From Phoronis australis (Eukaryota > Animalia > Phoronida): a stretch of 64,000 nucleotides of DNA. Both the position numbers and the translations under genes were made by a program. This document shows positions 51,045 to 64,000 of the stretch, piece by piece. Under the pieces are notes generated by a model, which was given only the letters and a program-made list of their open reading frames with translations, did no database searches and had not been told where the DNA came from. The stretch lies in contig NMRA01000084.1 of assembly GCA_002633005.1 (NCBI GenBank), positions 998,817 through 1,062,816 of the forward strand, in the 5' to 3' direction. How positions within the stretch are numbered: the stretch's first letter is position 1; the number at the start of each line of letters is the position of its first letter.

Positions 51045-54000
51045 ATGAGTGAAATGAGTTCCAAGAAGACCGACACTGTATTGGTGGTTGGAGGTGCCGG
51101 ATTCCTTGGGAAAAGTATAGTAAAGCATCTTCAAGCACACGGCGACACCGTGCGTGAGATAAGGGTATTAGACGTGAGACCTTATGAAGACACTGACAGA
51201 GCGGGTGAGAGCTAGAACGGTTATGTTATCACACGTGTAGAGAGGTAGATGTCAAACGATTCTCTTTGGTAATTTAATTCTGCTTTCAAAGTACATGCTG
51301 ATTTTAAATGCAAAATGACAAGTCCGTTGCATTACGGCGTTCTCCGGTTGCATCAGTGAATCCAACTTGCTCGGTTATACAGCACAAGTTGGACGGATGA
51401 ACGACTGATTAAAGTCCATTCTAGCATTTAGGTTTGGAGGGTCAACACTCTTTTGTTGGATAATGATTGCTATAATCTCCGATAAGATCGTATCTAGCCT
51501 GACTGGGTTGTGCTGTTAAAATAAAAGTCAATTAGTTATATAATGTTTGAACATAAACCAATTACACTTCTGAATTCCTCGTCAAATGCTGATCATGTTT
51601 AGTTTTTGAATCACCATAATCACCAAACTACAACCGAAATTAGGACATTCTATTCTGTCCGAATATATTACCAGCGCATTGTCGGTTCAAAAGGCCTTGA
51701 CTTGTCCAAAAACAGGCCCTGCATCATTTTTGCTTGTTCCAGCTGGAATTTTATTATTGAAAAAGTGAGCAATTAGAACAAACAGCGTGCCATCAATTCG
51801 ATCTTCACAAAAACCAGAGACAAGAACCCAGTATGGAATCCATAACCTGTAAATAGGCTTATTACTGTAATTTAGCAAAAACTTCGTAAAACGCGATTTG
51901 GCCCAACTCGTGCATTTGAGAGTATTACTTTCCGCGTTAGTAAAAACAGTAAATTGCTAGGTGAAAGTAGGCTACTCACGGCTCACCGACCATTTACAAT
52001 TAATTAAACATAGATTATGTCCTAGGTATTTTTAAATGGGATTATAACCGACAGATTTGTATGTTGTTGTACAACGAATTTTGCGAAAGACATGTCTATG
52101 GGACATAGAGGGTCTTTCGTTAACCAACCAGGTACGTTTTTTGATTACCAAAACGAGCGTCAAAGCGCCAGTACGTGTGGTGAGGATAATCTCTCGACTG
52201 ACAAACCCACGTCAGTCAAGTAGTCTTATGGGCATACACGTTTCATAAAACGAAACCAGTCTTTGTGAACGGACAAAAATCATGAAATTATTTAACTAGA
52301 TATAAGATATATGTATTGCCAATTGTAAACGCAGTTATGTGTGACTTTGAAGAGCGCTATTACCTCTTCTGACAAAGACCCGGATAATAGAATCGAGTTG
52401 TTATCCAATTCAAAACCAGCCGCTGGAACCGTCGTGGTGAGTCTAAACATGAAAACCTTTTAATAAAACATACACGCAATATCCACACACTTGTGCTGAC
52501 CACGCACTATTTTGGCGGTTAACTCCATATGCTATGAGAAATCTACATTGATGACACGATTGGGTAGTTCGCTCATGATTAGGTCATCTTTGAGAATGCG
52601 AGTGAACAGTCACAGATATCAACCATATTTTTGTTTTTGTTACATTTTCTGATAGATCGAATTGCTGGTAATCAAAACCGAGTAATTCGATACTCCCCTT
52701 AAATTCCAATGGGCTACAGCGAAAGTAGTTTTGAAACGGCATAAGGAAAATAAAAAAATATAAAACACAAACAATTCTTGGTTTGGTCACTGAATCCGTC
52801 GTGTCCAAAAGCCACCGGCTGGTTGCGCACTATCCGTTTAATAAAACAACAAGTGCGTAACCTCTGCTTACAATAAACACAATGTCCTTGGGACTTTACA
52901 TAGCGAATAAAGATTTTGCTCGTTCAGCAATTAAAATTTGTTCACTGATGCAGCAAAGGTCAGTAGGTCTAAAGTCATGAAAAACCGATGAAACATATGT
53001 CAGCGAATCAAAAATATACCAAAGATTGTAGCGTGCGGATTTCACCAGAAATTTATAAGATTTCCCAACTTGTACACTGTATTCGCTTAGCATTCTAAAA
53101 CTGCACGAAGATCCACGACAAAGTTGTTCAAGTAATCTTTGGAAAAGTTCTTCTCCCATGCATTAAAACATGTAGTTTATCCACGGGGAAATAATTCCAG
53201 ACACACGCCCTCTGTGAGTGGGCGGCTAAATGGTTCGTCTCAATACAGCTCAAGCTACTTGTTGTACTAACAAATTAGTTTTGTTGAAGATGATGAAGAC
53301 AGATGGCCACCTGTAATTAGTTACGTCGGTGACATCCGGAAAATTGGTGACCTGCAGAGAGCAACACAAGGCTGTTCCGTAGTGTTCCATGCAGCTAGTG
53401 TCATCCAGGTTGGAACTTGTGTCGATGTACAATTTGTGCACGACGTCAACGTGAAAGGTAAACTGCAAGGGTGCGTTTGGCCAGTTATTTGTCAGTTTTT
53501 CAAGATCACGCAAGATCGCGCTAGAGAAATTCTAATCATTCACGAGTGATGATGCGGCTTTATTAGGGTTCCCACCTCAACAACATGATCGCCAATGAAA
53601 TGATTGAGCTGTTAGACCGGAAAATTGTGGGAGAAAAGTTGCTACATGCATTTCCGTACCACACATCCATTGTCTCACAAAGTGACTCTAGGCTCTGCCA
53701 CATAGGAGGGTTCAAGACAGTGTCATGTTATCATAAGCTACAGCTAAGTTAGCGAACCGACACAAAATAAGAAGAAAGAGCCCCGTCTCAAAGTCACAAG
53801 GACCAAGGCGTTGGAAGTTTTGTCGACACGGGTGAAGGGTAAAAATTGTGACGAGGGTTGCCTGGAACTGTTACGAGGGGGGGGGGGGGGTCGGTTGCTG
53901 AAAGATTGCGAAGACCGGTGTGGAAAATTGCGGTGACTGGAGAGGAGAATTGTGTCTAGACGAAGGTTTGGTGGTAGCTCTAAAACAGTGTTGGACTGAA

Positions 54001-55542
54001 GTAGGCAAATTAAAAGTTGGAGCGACCGGAATGGGAATCAGATTGAAACATTGTTAAGTAAATTTAGTAGGCCGCCCTCAGAACGTTAATCCGGCACTCT
54101 TAGTTCGGAGACCTCCCTACGAAATTTTCTTGATTATCAAACAGGGCGACATATGGTTCGTTTTGGTCACTACTGATCACCTACGTGCTCCAGGGAACGT
54201 TGCTAAAGATACCACGAGTCATGGTGTGAATCTCATTTCGCCACTTGACAAGGGCTTGAGTAACTAATCACTGTAGCGGCCTATTCTGTTTCGCATTTGT
54301 ATCATAACGTTGTTATGTTTTAGTGTTTACGTGTGTAGATTACACCACGTTACTTCACCTTCCAGACAAATGATTTTAGCGCGTTTACATTTGATGAATC
54401 TCGGTTATGGACTTCTATTCTTAGGTACAGAGAACGTGATACAAGCCTGCATAGATCAAAACGTGCAATATTTAGTGTACACGGGTTCTGTGGACGCCTT
54501 CAAAGTATTCAAGGAGGAACTGAACCTTAGTGAGGACAACTTGGTATATCGCAATGCTAGCGAATTGGCGTTTCCTGAATATGGTGGATCCAAAATGGCG
54601 GCCGAGAAGTTGGTGATACGAGCTCACAAGAAAAAGAGTTCGACAGGTGGTATAATAATAACAACTTCGAAGAGGCTATAGTGTTTTAGAGAAAAAAAAC
54701 TGTTGTTGAACGGGAAGTAATGTGGTGTTATTCTTTTGCTTCTTCTTTTTGCTGACATTAGTAGCTTGATATACATATGTATTGAGATCGAAGAGGGGAT
54801 TCTAAATGATTGTAAAACTGTCGTTGTCGTTGGCAGTTCCTGGTGAGGGTTTGTTGTAAAGTAATGGTATTAGTTTAAAACCTGGCGACGAACAGACGAA
54901 CAACAACGTCTACAAGGGGGCGTCGTTGATGTTGAAAATGGTGATTAGAATCGATTGAAATAAAAAACACGTTTTTTAGGTGATGTTGCTCTTTCAACAG
55001 TGGTGCTACGGCCAACAGGAATTTACGGTGAGGGTCAGACGGAGCACGGAGTTTATGAAGTTTTAAAGAATTGTAACAAGCGAGGTGGAGTTCTAGTGCC
55101 AGTGTCAGGTATGATCGAGACTCTGTGGCAAATCAGTTACGTCGGCAACGTAGCGTGGGCGCACGTTGTGACGTGGAAGGCAATGCGAGCAGACTCAAGT
55201 GTTGGAGGACAAGGGTACTTTATTACCGACGACACGCCGATTGAAAATTATGTGAACTTCAATAGACGATTTGTAGAGGCTAGAGGATTTAGGGTGTCGA
55301 ACAGAACCTATCCCAAACTATTAATTGTTATCATTGTATACCTCTTGGTCTTTATTTGTGCGCTTATGAGGCCAATCAAACGAATACGAACTGATATCAC
55401 TCCACGGACAATTCAGTACATGAGTCACTCAGCAACATACAATGGAGAAAAGTTACGCAGGGTTACAGGCTATGTACCGCTGTATACTGCGGAGGAGGCC
55501 TTTAAAAGATCGCTGAAATTTTACAAAAGTATTCTTTTGTAA
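51045..55542 (+). CDS. 3-beta-hydroxysteroid dehydrogenase/Delta5-4 isomerase-family extended SDR
   Basis: Exons 51045-51204, 53290-53457, 54425-54646, 54980-55542 (all phase 1, GT-AG). Rossmann GGAGFLG, VFHAAS, VNVKGTENVIQAC, catalytic YGGSK, LRPTGIYGEG, YVGNVAWAHV, YFITDDTP, and a C-terminal hydrophobic segment. Confidence 0.92.
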
Positions 55543-56756
55543 AATTTTACACTCTTGCAACAGCGACACGGTTGGCATTGCTCAAATCAGGACCATTCAT
55601 TTTGTTCTCGTTGTAAAACTTCGAATTGTTTACTGTGTACCTACCTACCAGTAACTATTGTATGAACTAGACAAGTACAAACGTGGGTTTTAGAAAATCT
55701 AGATTCACGTAGATTACATACAAAATATGATCATGGATGCTGTTGAGTTGTGTTTTTCTGTCAAATGATATGATGTAATAAACGTGTAATTTGTCCACTT
55801 TGATGTGGTGCCCACATCCATGTAGTTCGAATACGGGAAGGTTTTCGCCGCAAATGCAAGCTAATGCCCAGGGTTGTGATAAAAACCGCACGAAAAGAGA
55901 AGATGGCACGGGATTTCGCGAGATGTCGCCATGCATTGCACTAGGCGAATGATTCACAAAACGTTGGGTTGGTAATTCATAACAATTTTCACTTTAACAA
56001 CAGGTCAGCTAAAAATTATCAGATGAAAAAAAGACAAAACTGCGATTAATTTCAACATTTGCACATCCATATCCACTGCACCAACTGTCCAAAATAAGTC
56101 ATGACATTTTCTGAAGATAATATAACTGACAACTGACTTTGGTTAGCATATGTGCAAGTAAATCGTACTGCGCTGCTTACGGGTTTTGAAATTTAATCGT
56201 AAATGTGAAAGTTTGCAAAACAACGGGAATCAAAATTTATGGACAGTCAAGTTTGATACTTTTCGTTCTCGTGGTTTTTAGTATATTTTCTCTGAAAGGT
56301 GTCTATTGAATACATCTTTCATTTGGCAACTAGATATCTTTGGAGATTGTTGACCTACAGCAAACGGCGTCAGGTAGCAGCGATGGTTGGTGGCACAGCT
56401 GTAGACACGCAAGCATGACTCTTCGGGACTGTCGGCTCTTTGTGACGTCATTGTGATAATACAGCAGCTGGTTTTGAATTCGATGCTAGGGATAGAAATG
56501 AAAAAAGAACGCCTGACTTAAGTGATTTGTTGCCGCTACCGCTGTCGAGTCAGACATGTTAGGGAAACGGAAGCAGGTCGCAGTTATAACATTTGAAAAT
56601 CAGGTGGCTTCGTTACACACTATTTGGTGGTGCTCATGTAAGTAAACCGATAAACTGTTTGCTTAAAAAGAAAAATTTGATCACATTCGTTGAAAAAAAT
56701 CAAAGAATGACACTGCACGTGGTACCAGTAGATTCATACAGAGGCATGGCCTCCAG

Positions 56757-57613
56757 CATAGGCGGATTTAGGGGGAGGGGGCAGGGTGGTCCACCCACCC
56801 TTGACTGCCGCAAAAAATAAAACAGCAAGAGAGTTGAGTTTATTAATTAACCCCGGTAATTACCAAGATTTAAATGTGTGCAATTATAGTGTTGGGGGGG
56901 GGGGGGGGGNCGACCGGCAGTGGCGCTGGGCACTACGACTGCGTTTCCGTCGTCTGCAGCTCCACTGTGCAATGAAGAAAATTATTTCATTTTTTCAAGA
57001 AAATGGAATCTTTGTGATGCTGAAACAACAGAAACTGCTGGTAAGATGTCAATTTTAATCGAAGCCTTAATGAATCACTCAGAAACTCATAATTCTCTCT
57101 TTGTCAAACCTTAACAAAAGACGATTTCCAAAGCAATCGCGTCATTATTGCCAACACAAAAAACGGATTTGGTTTTTCCGCAATTGAAGACTATTTTAAA
57201 TACAACAAATTTGTTACGAACTGATTGCACAAAAAATAAAACATGTAATAAGCATTACAAAAAGAAGGTTTCGCGCGCAAACGCTGTGGACCATAAACAA
57301 GTAGGTCTCGCAGTATCTAATTAGTAGTTAATTTGTGGTGGTGCAGTGGTAAAGCACGCGGGCTCTATCCGCCATGTCGTGAGTTCGAGTCTATTGCCCC
57401 TGTAGTTTTTTGGCCTTATTTTCTTGGATAATACTTCGGGAATTAAGGAAAATGCTTCATTTTTAGAGGAAAAAACATAAAAATTTCCTGGGCGGGAGAG
57501 GGGTTTGCCCCTTTCAGTCCCCATTCAGTGCTATGCGCATCTACAATCGTGCTTTGAGCAAATATTTACAGACGAAATGTTGCCCCCCTTGTGATATCCT
57601 AGATCCGCCACTG
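56757..57613 (-). mobile_element. Non-autonomous TIR element (hAT5-like MITE), copy 2
   Basis: Termini CATAGGCGGATTTAGG / CCTAGATCCGCCACTG; perfect 5-bp TSD TCCAG; homologous to 1364-2312; contains an N at 56910. Confidence 0.85.
57335..57400 (+). other. tRNA-derived (SINE-head-like) cassette inside the MITE
   Basis: A-box TGGTGCAGTGG, D-arm-like GTGC/GCAC, anticodon-arm-like GCGG-GCTCTAT-CCGC, B-box GAGTTCGAGTC; no intact acceptor stem. Confidence 0.6.
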
Positions 57614-59724
57614 TCCAGTACCGAACTATTGAAGCGGACGGCTATCTAGTTCTGACGCCGACTGGCATTTACGATTGTAGTAACTATTCACCAGACAAGT
57701 CGGCCAAATAGGTCGATTTCTGGTATACGCTCTACAAACTCTAATAAATCAGTTCTCTGTGCAATTTAGTTTAAACAATTCACGTCGTAATGTTGACTAG
57801 CAATACGCATTTTTTTACATTTGGTCAAAGTAAGAAGGGCAAGAATGCCGAGATCCACGTGCATGTCAGGTGATCTGCGTTCATCGTAACTTTTTACGCC
57901 GAGGATATACTGCTGAGAAATCAGAAAGACACGGTAAAGCTAAATTACCCTTTCGAAGTAATAGCTTTTAAGCTGCCAACACGACTTGTTCAGGACTCGT
58001 TCCGTTCCGTGCTTACATTCACCAGACATTTTCGCACCTCGTCGTCTCGTAGCCAATTCAACGCTTGGCCTCCAGCATTCCGTTGGGCATTATGTTTTTG
58101 TTCCCCACTGTGCGAGCAGGAACAGCTTCTCGTTTCGCTAGCCAAATCTACACTCCACTCAAGAAAACATTTTCGTGCCCCCCATAGAACATTAGCCCCG
58201 TGATGATGCTCCGAGAGCCGACAATTTTGTCGGACAAGTATCAAAAATCAGATTATTAACAAGCTTGTGACGTTAGAATTAACCAACTGCATGCTTGGAG
58301 GGAACATTTGTTTGGAGAATAAAAAAGATCTGAGTATTTGGCCAACAAGTCGTGACGCCACAAGTATCCACCAAATGAATGAGATCATTGAAAGCTTTGT
58401 CGGGTAAATACCAAATAACTACTGGCTCAAAGTGCCTGTACACATGTATGTAAAATAGCTTAAATTTTTGGACACAATTTTGAGCCTTTCTAATATTTGC
58501 CATGAAGATATTAAAGTCCGATAATTTGGGCGTTTTCCCTTCATCTAACTCACTTGTAAGAATCAGTTTGCAGTACCAATACATGCATTTGCCTTGCCAC
58601 GTACAAAGAGATTGCGCTTGAATAAATTACCGCAGTGACAGCATGCTTAAATTTTGAGAGAGTTGTACTAGGTAACGCCGAACGTGTTTTCATGCATTCG
58701 CGAACTTCACGAACACGAAGTTAGGGATTACCCCGCCTAATCCCGTCTATAGTAAGCCTTCGTCAAAACGGCACATTTTTTATTGTAGGCTTTATATTGC
58801 TTACACCTACAACTGGTGGTAAGTTTCGTAAACGTTTTGACTAGATATCAATGTGAAACGAATGTGTGAAACAACACCGATTATGAATGAGTTTTTTAAC
58901 TACGTTTACTAGAAGCACATACCTAAGACTGTAACTCTAACCTAACTGCAATCCTAAATTACACCATTCCGAAACCTCAATGCTCACACAAACGGTAAAC
59001 CTAAGCAACACCGCAAACGGAGATTTACGAGCTCAACCGGCTGTACCTCTAATGTAACTTACCGTACGTCATTGTTATCCCGGCGCACACAGGAAAAATG
59101 CTCGGGACCCGTACACCTTCATAGCAAGCGGCGTAAACTCAGCGCTCACGCAGTAGTAGGCAAATATCAAGCTAACAGAATTTGCGCGCAAGTGGACGAA
59201 AAGCGTGCACTGTTTACTATGTGCTACATCCATAACTTCTTCAGGTATGAAATTCGCTTGATTGCCTCAAATGCAAACTCGTCAGAGCTGAGGTCATTTA
59301 CATTCGATGCGCACGGCTTTCCGTATGCGACGGTTCAAAAGAACGCTTGGCAAAAGAAATCCAACAGTGAGATGTTCGTCTCACCGCCTCGCGGCGAGGC
59401 AAAGACCTCGAGCTCAGTGTTCACTTTGTCATAGACGTGAGCTATGAGCTGATCTCCTTTGCATAGAGGGTGCGTACATGTAGCTCTCCGTCTGCGCTGG
59501 TCCTAACCTTCAACGCACTGTTAACAACCCAAATTTAATGCTGACCTCGTCCTGCATGAACGTTACCCAAGCTGACTCTATCATCAACTTGATCCTAACC
59601 TGCTAACATAAAATCTAACCCAAGACCTATTAACCGTAACGCAAACTCCATTACCGATCCTGTGGCTAATACGTGTATCTGGTCACAGAGACGTTTAAGA
59701 AATATTCTTCGTGTTATTATTCAG

Positions 59725-60084
59725 TGGAAGTTTACGTTCCAAAACGGACACAAGCAAAAGTGGGGGACGACGCCCTCTTAGAATGCGCATACAAGCTCGA
59801 TTACCACGAAAAGATTGCCTGGATTGCGTGGAATGCAGGCTTAAGTTCACAGTTCAACTCCGACAGTCTCATCTTCAAAGACCAAAATGGCGTGGGCAAT
59901 TTCTTCTTGGCACGGTTCAGAGAGTCCCTGTTCTATGGCCACAGAACACATCACGGCAAAGACGTCTCCATTAAGATTAAAAAGCTAACAATGTCTGACT
60001 GGGATGCCAATTTCACCTGCTCTGTTTGCCTGGAAGGAAAGAATGTTCAATGCAAACAGAAATCCACGCAGTTAGTTTTGAGTG
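59725..60084 (+). CDS. Immunoglobulin V-type domain exon (phase 1-1) of an unidentified gene
   Basis: TTCAG acceptor, G|GTAAGT donor, 360 nt open. VGDDALLEC...IAW...DVSIKIKKLTMSDWDANFTC carries the canonical B-strand Cys, C-strand Trp and F-strand Cys. Confidence 0.8.
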
Positions 60085-60106
60085 GTAAGTGATGACATAC
60101 CAAGGT

Positions 60107-63100
60107 TAGTCCAGTCATTCTACGGATAACCCGGAAAAAATTGCAAGAGAAGGTTTTATTGCATAAATCGTATCCTTTCATACCCCTTAGTGGGAAAAAA
60201 AAATCTACCGGAATCGAAGTGGAGGAAGTTGGTTTTTCAAGATGGCGGACAAAATGGCCGCCAGATTTTCTGATGCGCACTATAACTCAAGAGTGGAACG
60301 TGCTAGAGTAAAATTCAAGAAGGTTTACCTATGTTTTGTGGGTCAAAAAATCCATTGGAAATGGTTTTACATGGCTGTGGTGACACCGTCCGGCATTTTC
60401 CAAGATGGCCGCCAAATCTACTTGAGTCGCAAAACTTCACACGAACAGATTAGTGTGTCGTCTTGCTTCAAACATCGCATCATAGGTTTTCTGGGTCGAC
60501 TAATCCATTGAGACTCATTGCATTTGGCACTAATGATTACTTCCACCATTTCCAAGATGGCGGACAAAATGGCCGCCAGATTTGCAGAGGATCATTATAA
60601 CTCGAGAGTGGAATGTGATAAAGTAAAAATTCAAAAATGTTTTCCTATCTTTTGTGGGTCAACAAATCCATTGGAAAAGTTTTACATGGCCGTGGTGACA
60701 CCATCAGCTATTTTCCAAGATGGCCTTCAAAACTATTTCGAATCGCACAACTTCGCACAAACAGATTAGTGTGTCGTCTTGCTTCAAGTATCAAAGGTTT
60801 TCTGGGTCGACTAATCCATNCGCAAATGGCAAAACTGCGCAAGTTTCGGCACCAAGAGACAACTGTAGTTCCTTGATGTCCCAGACTCTCCTCTTGCTTT
60901 GGTGTCTCTTGTCAAATTTCATGAACATGAAATTTGTTGTGAAGTAGCATGGTAACGCTAAAGAAACAAGTCTGTATCGTCTGCAATAAGGGTAGTTGGA
61001 CCTTGCGCTGCGTTCTCTACTGCTGTTTCTACGATTAAAACATCTGCGTCACCTTGAGCTTGTACCACTGTGCAACCAGCATTTCCTAGCAAACTTAACA
61101 AGAAGTGAATGAATCGTTTGTTTTTGCTTTTTGCCAAAAATTTTTCTTTTTTACTTGATCACCATGTCACCATTGAAGTGAACTTCAGTTCCAACCACCC
61201 CACACAGTCTTCGAACATGAGAGACATCTTTAGTTGATGGTCCATCTCAGTAACCATCAAAAACAACAATAGGCTGGGTGCACTTGCTGATGTAATCCAC
61301 ATAAGCTCTATCAAATGACTGATACGTTGCTCGTGACTCTAGGCCATGGAATACGGTGAAGGAGAGAACCGCCGTTGATTACATGCATCACCGTGTTTGC
61401 TGGAAATTGAAATCCTCAGGTAGTTCTCCACTGGACCAGAGTGCATCAACTAATTTGATTTATTAGCGACTCTGGGAAGACCAGATGTATCAAAAAGGAC
61501 AGGGGAACCAACACACAGCTCATACTTCAAAAGGCTTGATGAACTTTCACTGTTGTCTTTTGCAGCTGTCAGGATTCGCTGAAATAGCAGTCGTGGATCC
61601 ACTTGTGTAAAACTACTATTAGCAGCATGAACTGATTGACTTGTCATTGCCACAACCTTGTCTTTCTTTCTGAATGTCTGAAGTCTTTCACATTTGACCC
61701 TTCCATGGACAAGTGAACCGTCTTCCCCACTTCTCTGGGATTTTCGGCACTGACGCATTTGCCTGCAGTCACACCAGTGGCGATGTTCTGTAATGTTTCT
61801 CTTTAAAATGGGTTACTGTTGTGGAGGAATTCAACAATGCTGCCGATGTCTTTGTCATCACGCGACTGTCTTGCCTGGGTACATTCTTTATGCTACTGAC
61901 TTGTTTCACAACTCAAGTTTGCCACAGTCTGCATGGCACCATTTATACTTGAGCATACCGGCAAGGAAAGCAGCCACTGTGCACTCTGTGTATCTCCCAT
62001 TTCGAACCTCTAGTTAAACCTCCTGTTGCTTTAATACTTTTCATGAGCATTTGTTCAATTACAAGATCATATCTCATTATGACAAGCCTGTCCAGAATCT
62101 GTCAATTTGTCTTATGGTTTGTTGGCCGTATACGTCTGGACGGGTGTCTTTGAGTTGCTACGTCTCCTTCAGTCAAGTGTATGTGTGAAGATTTTGCATA
62201 AGAGTTGTGACCAGCAGCTGCAAAGTAAGACAGCATTTCAGAAACTGCTTTTAGGTGAAGCTCCCAATCTGACGTTATTTCTGCTTTTAAAAAAATCGAA
62301 GGATGTCAATCATCTTCATATACTGTAGTCAAAGACTAATGATTGGACTTTGCATGAACAAGTCTGATTTATGTGCTTTCATTTTTTTTGAATACCCACA
62401 AGACACTCGGACTAGCATACGTCGTCGGAAACAGACGTCATGCCAGCAATAAGATCATCATACCGCTTCAGACCAGCTCTCAAATCATCATGAAGAATAT
62501 CATTGGCCATTGATTCTTCTGACGAACTATTCTCTGCCACTGTGAATTCTGAAGACCTATACTCTGATTCAGACGTGTTTCAATATACCAATGGCAGTAG
62601 GTCGGAAACCAGAAGTGAGCTCTCGTGAGGGCGTTCCACTGTAATCCAAGGTTCAGAATCGGAAGACACTGGCTGGGCATGGCATGCCCCATAGTATACA
62701 TCTAGTTATGTGATCAGTTGGGATGTCTGAGATGTCTGAAGAATGTCTCCATATTCTGACGAGCCGAAATTTGTGTAAAAGCATTGAACTGCTCCACCTC
62801 TTGGCATGTAATCTGTGTGTTCTGTGTTGGTGACATTCCGGACTCCTGGAATTTCTGAAGAACCTGAATTTCTTTCTTCATTGGTTTTGGATTGGCGTTA
62901 CTTGATCTGTCAATATTTGGAAGTGTGATGTTGAATGCTCTGGCTTTTATGATTAGCATTCAGTGCTGAGTCTACCAACATATGTCCCCTCACTGCTCTA
63001 TCCACACTTTTTCCACTTAACATAAGGATCACACTGTTTGATGCATACACCGTCTCAAGAACTCCTTGGAGCCCTGTGCTTGACATTATGTATCCAATAC

Positions 63101-64000
63101 ATTCCAGAAAGCTCATCTCAGTATGAAATCTTCCAAGCCTGGCTAAGAACAAGTGACTGCAGAACACTATCGTTTTGTTTGCAGGCAATAATTTCCTCTA
63201 AAATCAGTTGAATATGTTCATAAAAAGCATGCATATTAAACAAATTATGGGTCCTAACTATTAAAATTTAACCAATAACTTTTTGTTACACAATCCTATT
63301 TGCTTTTCATCAAATTCAGGTGAAATCAGCAGCCAATTCTCAATACATGCCAGCAGCAGACGAAATCGATGCTTGGGAAAAACTGATAATATCTCCAATA
63401 GCAGAGAAAAAAGCCACTTCCTGGCCAATTTTATTGAGGGTTTGTATAATGAATAAGCCAATAACTCCACCAGAATAACATATTCTTCTAACAAATGTTA
63501 TTTTTGATACCTCAAATGAACATATTTTACAGAAAAATAATTGAGTTTGTGAAATTTATTATGAAAATTTAACTAAAGCCTTTTCTGAAAAACACACCGA
63601 CTTTTTTGTTATGTAATCTAAAATGTGATTAAAATTCCACATTTAGTATATAAATCTTAAAAACAAATTATAGAAGCAATCAACTCATTAACCCTGACTG
63701 TAGGTTGTAAAATGTTTTTGTGTAAATTCTTATCAGGTTACAAACAAAGTTTCCAGAACGTAAATGCGGTAAATTAGGGTTTGTGAATTGGCAGCCATTT
63801 TGGCGGCCATTTTGTCAGCCATCTTGAATTTTTTCTCGCAAACCAGTGACCAATTGTAAGGTCCAGATATTTTCAATTGTCTAACTTACAAAAGAATAAA
63901 ACTTTTGCCATTTTCAGGGCAAACTATAAAAAGAAATCTTGCAACATGTACCAAATTGCCGTTTCGGCCGCCATTTTGTCAGTCATATTGGTTTTATTTT
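60107..64000 (-). mobile_element. AcademX DNA transposon remnant (degenerate), extends beyond right edge
   Basis: Terminus TAGTCCAGTC at 60107; subterminal repeats CAAGATGGCGGACAAAATGGCCGCC at 60.2-60.8 kb, inverted at 63.79-64.0 kb. Minus-strand peptides: RLGRFHTEMSFLECIG...MLSGKSVDRAVRGH; DLVIEQMLMKSIKATGGLTRG; IVVFDGY..GPSTKD; QGDADVLIVETA...ADDTDL. Confidence 0.8.

Noticed and set aside
53545-53612. Possible intronic C/D snoRNA (GTGATGA box)
   Set aside because: No properly placed CTGA D box and no recognisable rRNA guide.
57335-57400. Functional tRNA gene
   Set aside because: No acceptor stem, non-canonical anticodon loop, and embedded in a MITE.
58915-59660. Degenerate CCTAAC-like runs as interstitial telomere
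   Set aside because: Too degenerate and scattered; more likely a decayed repeat element.

Overview
Eukaryotic, AT-rich, intron-rich animal DNA; the repeat families suggest a marine invertebrate (inference). Host genes: the first coding exon of GMPPA (-, gene runs off the left edge); TMEM245 (-, at least 12 coding exons, ~10.3-23.8 kb), head-to-head with the JmjC gene HSPBAP1 (+, 7 coding exons, 26.6-37.8 kb); a 4-exon 3-beta-hydroxysteroid-dehydrogenase-family SDR (+, 51.0-55.5 kb); and an isolated Ig V-type exon (59.7-60.1 kb). The rest is a dense set of decayed transposons: two AcademX remnants, one carrying a nested, internally deleted Kolobok (THAP transposase N-terminus plus KolX/P2X7-ballast-like ORF); MITEs with 5-bp TSDs, two carrying a tRNA-like cassette; a HIRAN-carrying TA-TSD element; a Harbinger-type MITE; Helentron/HINE-like repeats; a Penelope-like GIY-YIG remnant with inverted hammerhead-like repeats; and an L2/CR1 tail. 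The most unusual object is a degenerate ORF right after HSPBAP1 (~38.0-40.5 kb) with Transib/RAG1-like transposase motifs followed by BRCT-like and HMG-box-like domains. All assignments come from manual translation and motif recognition; no searches were run.
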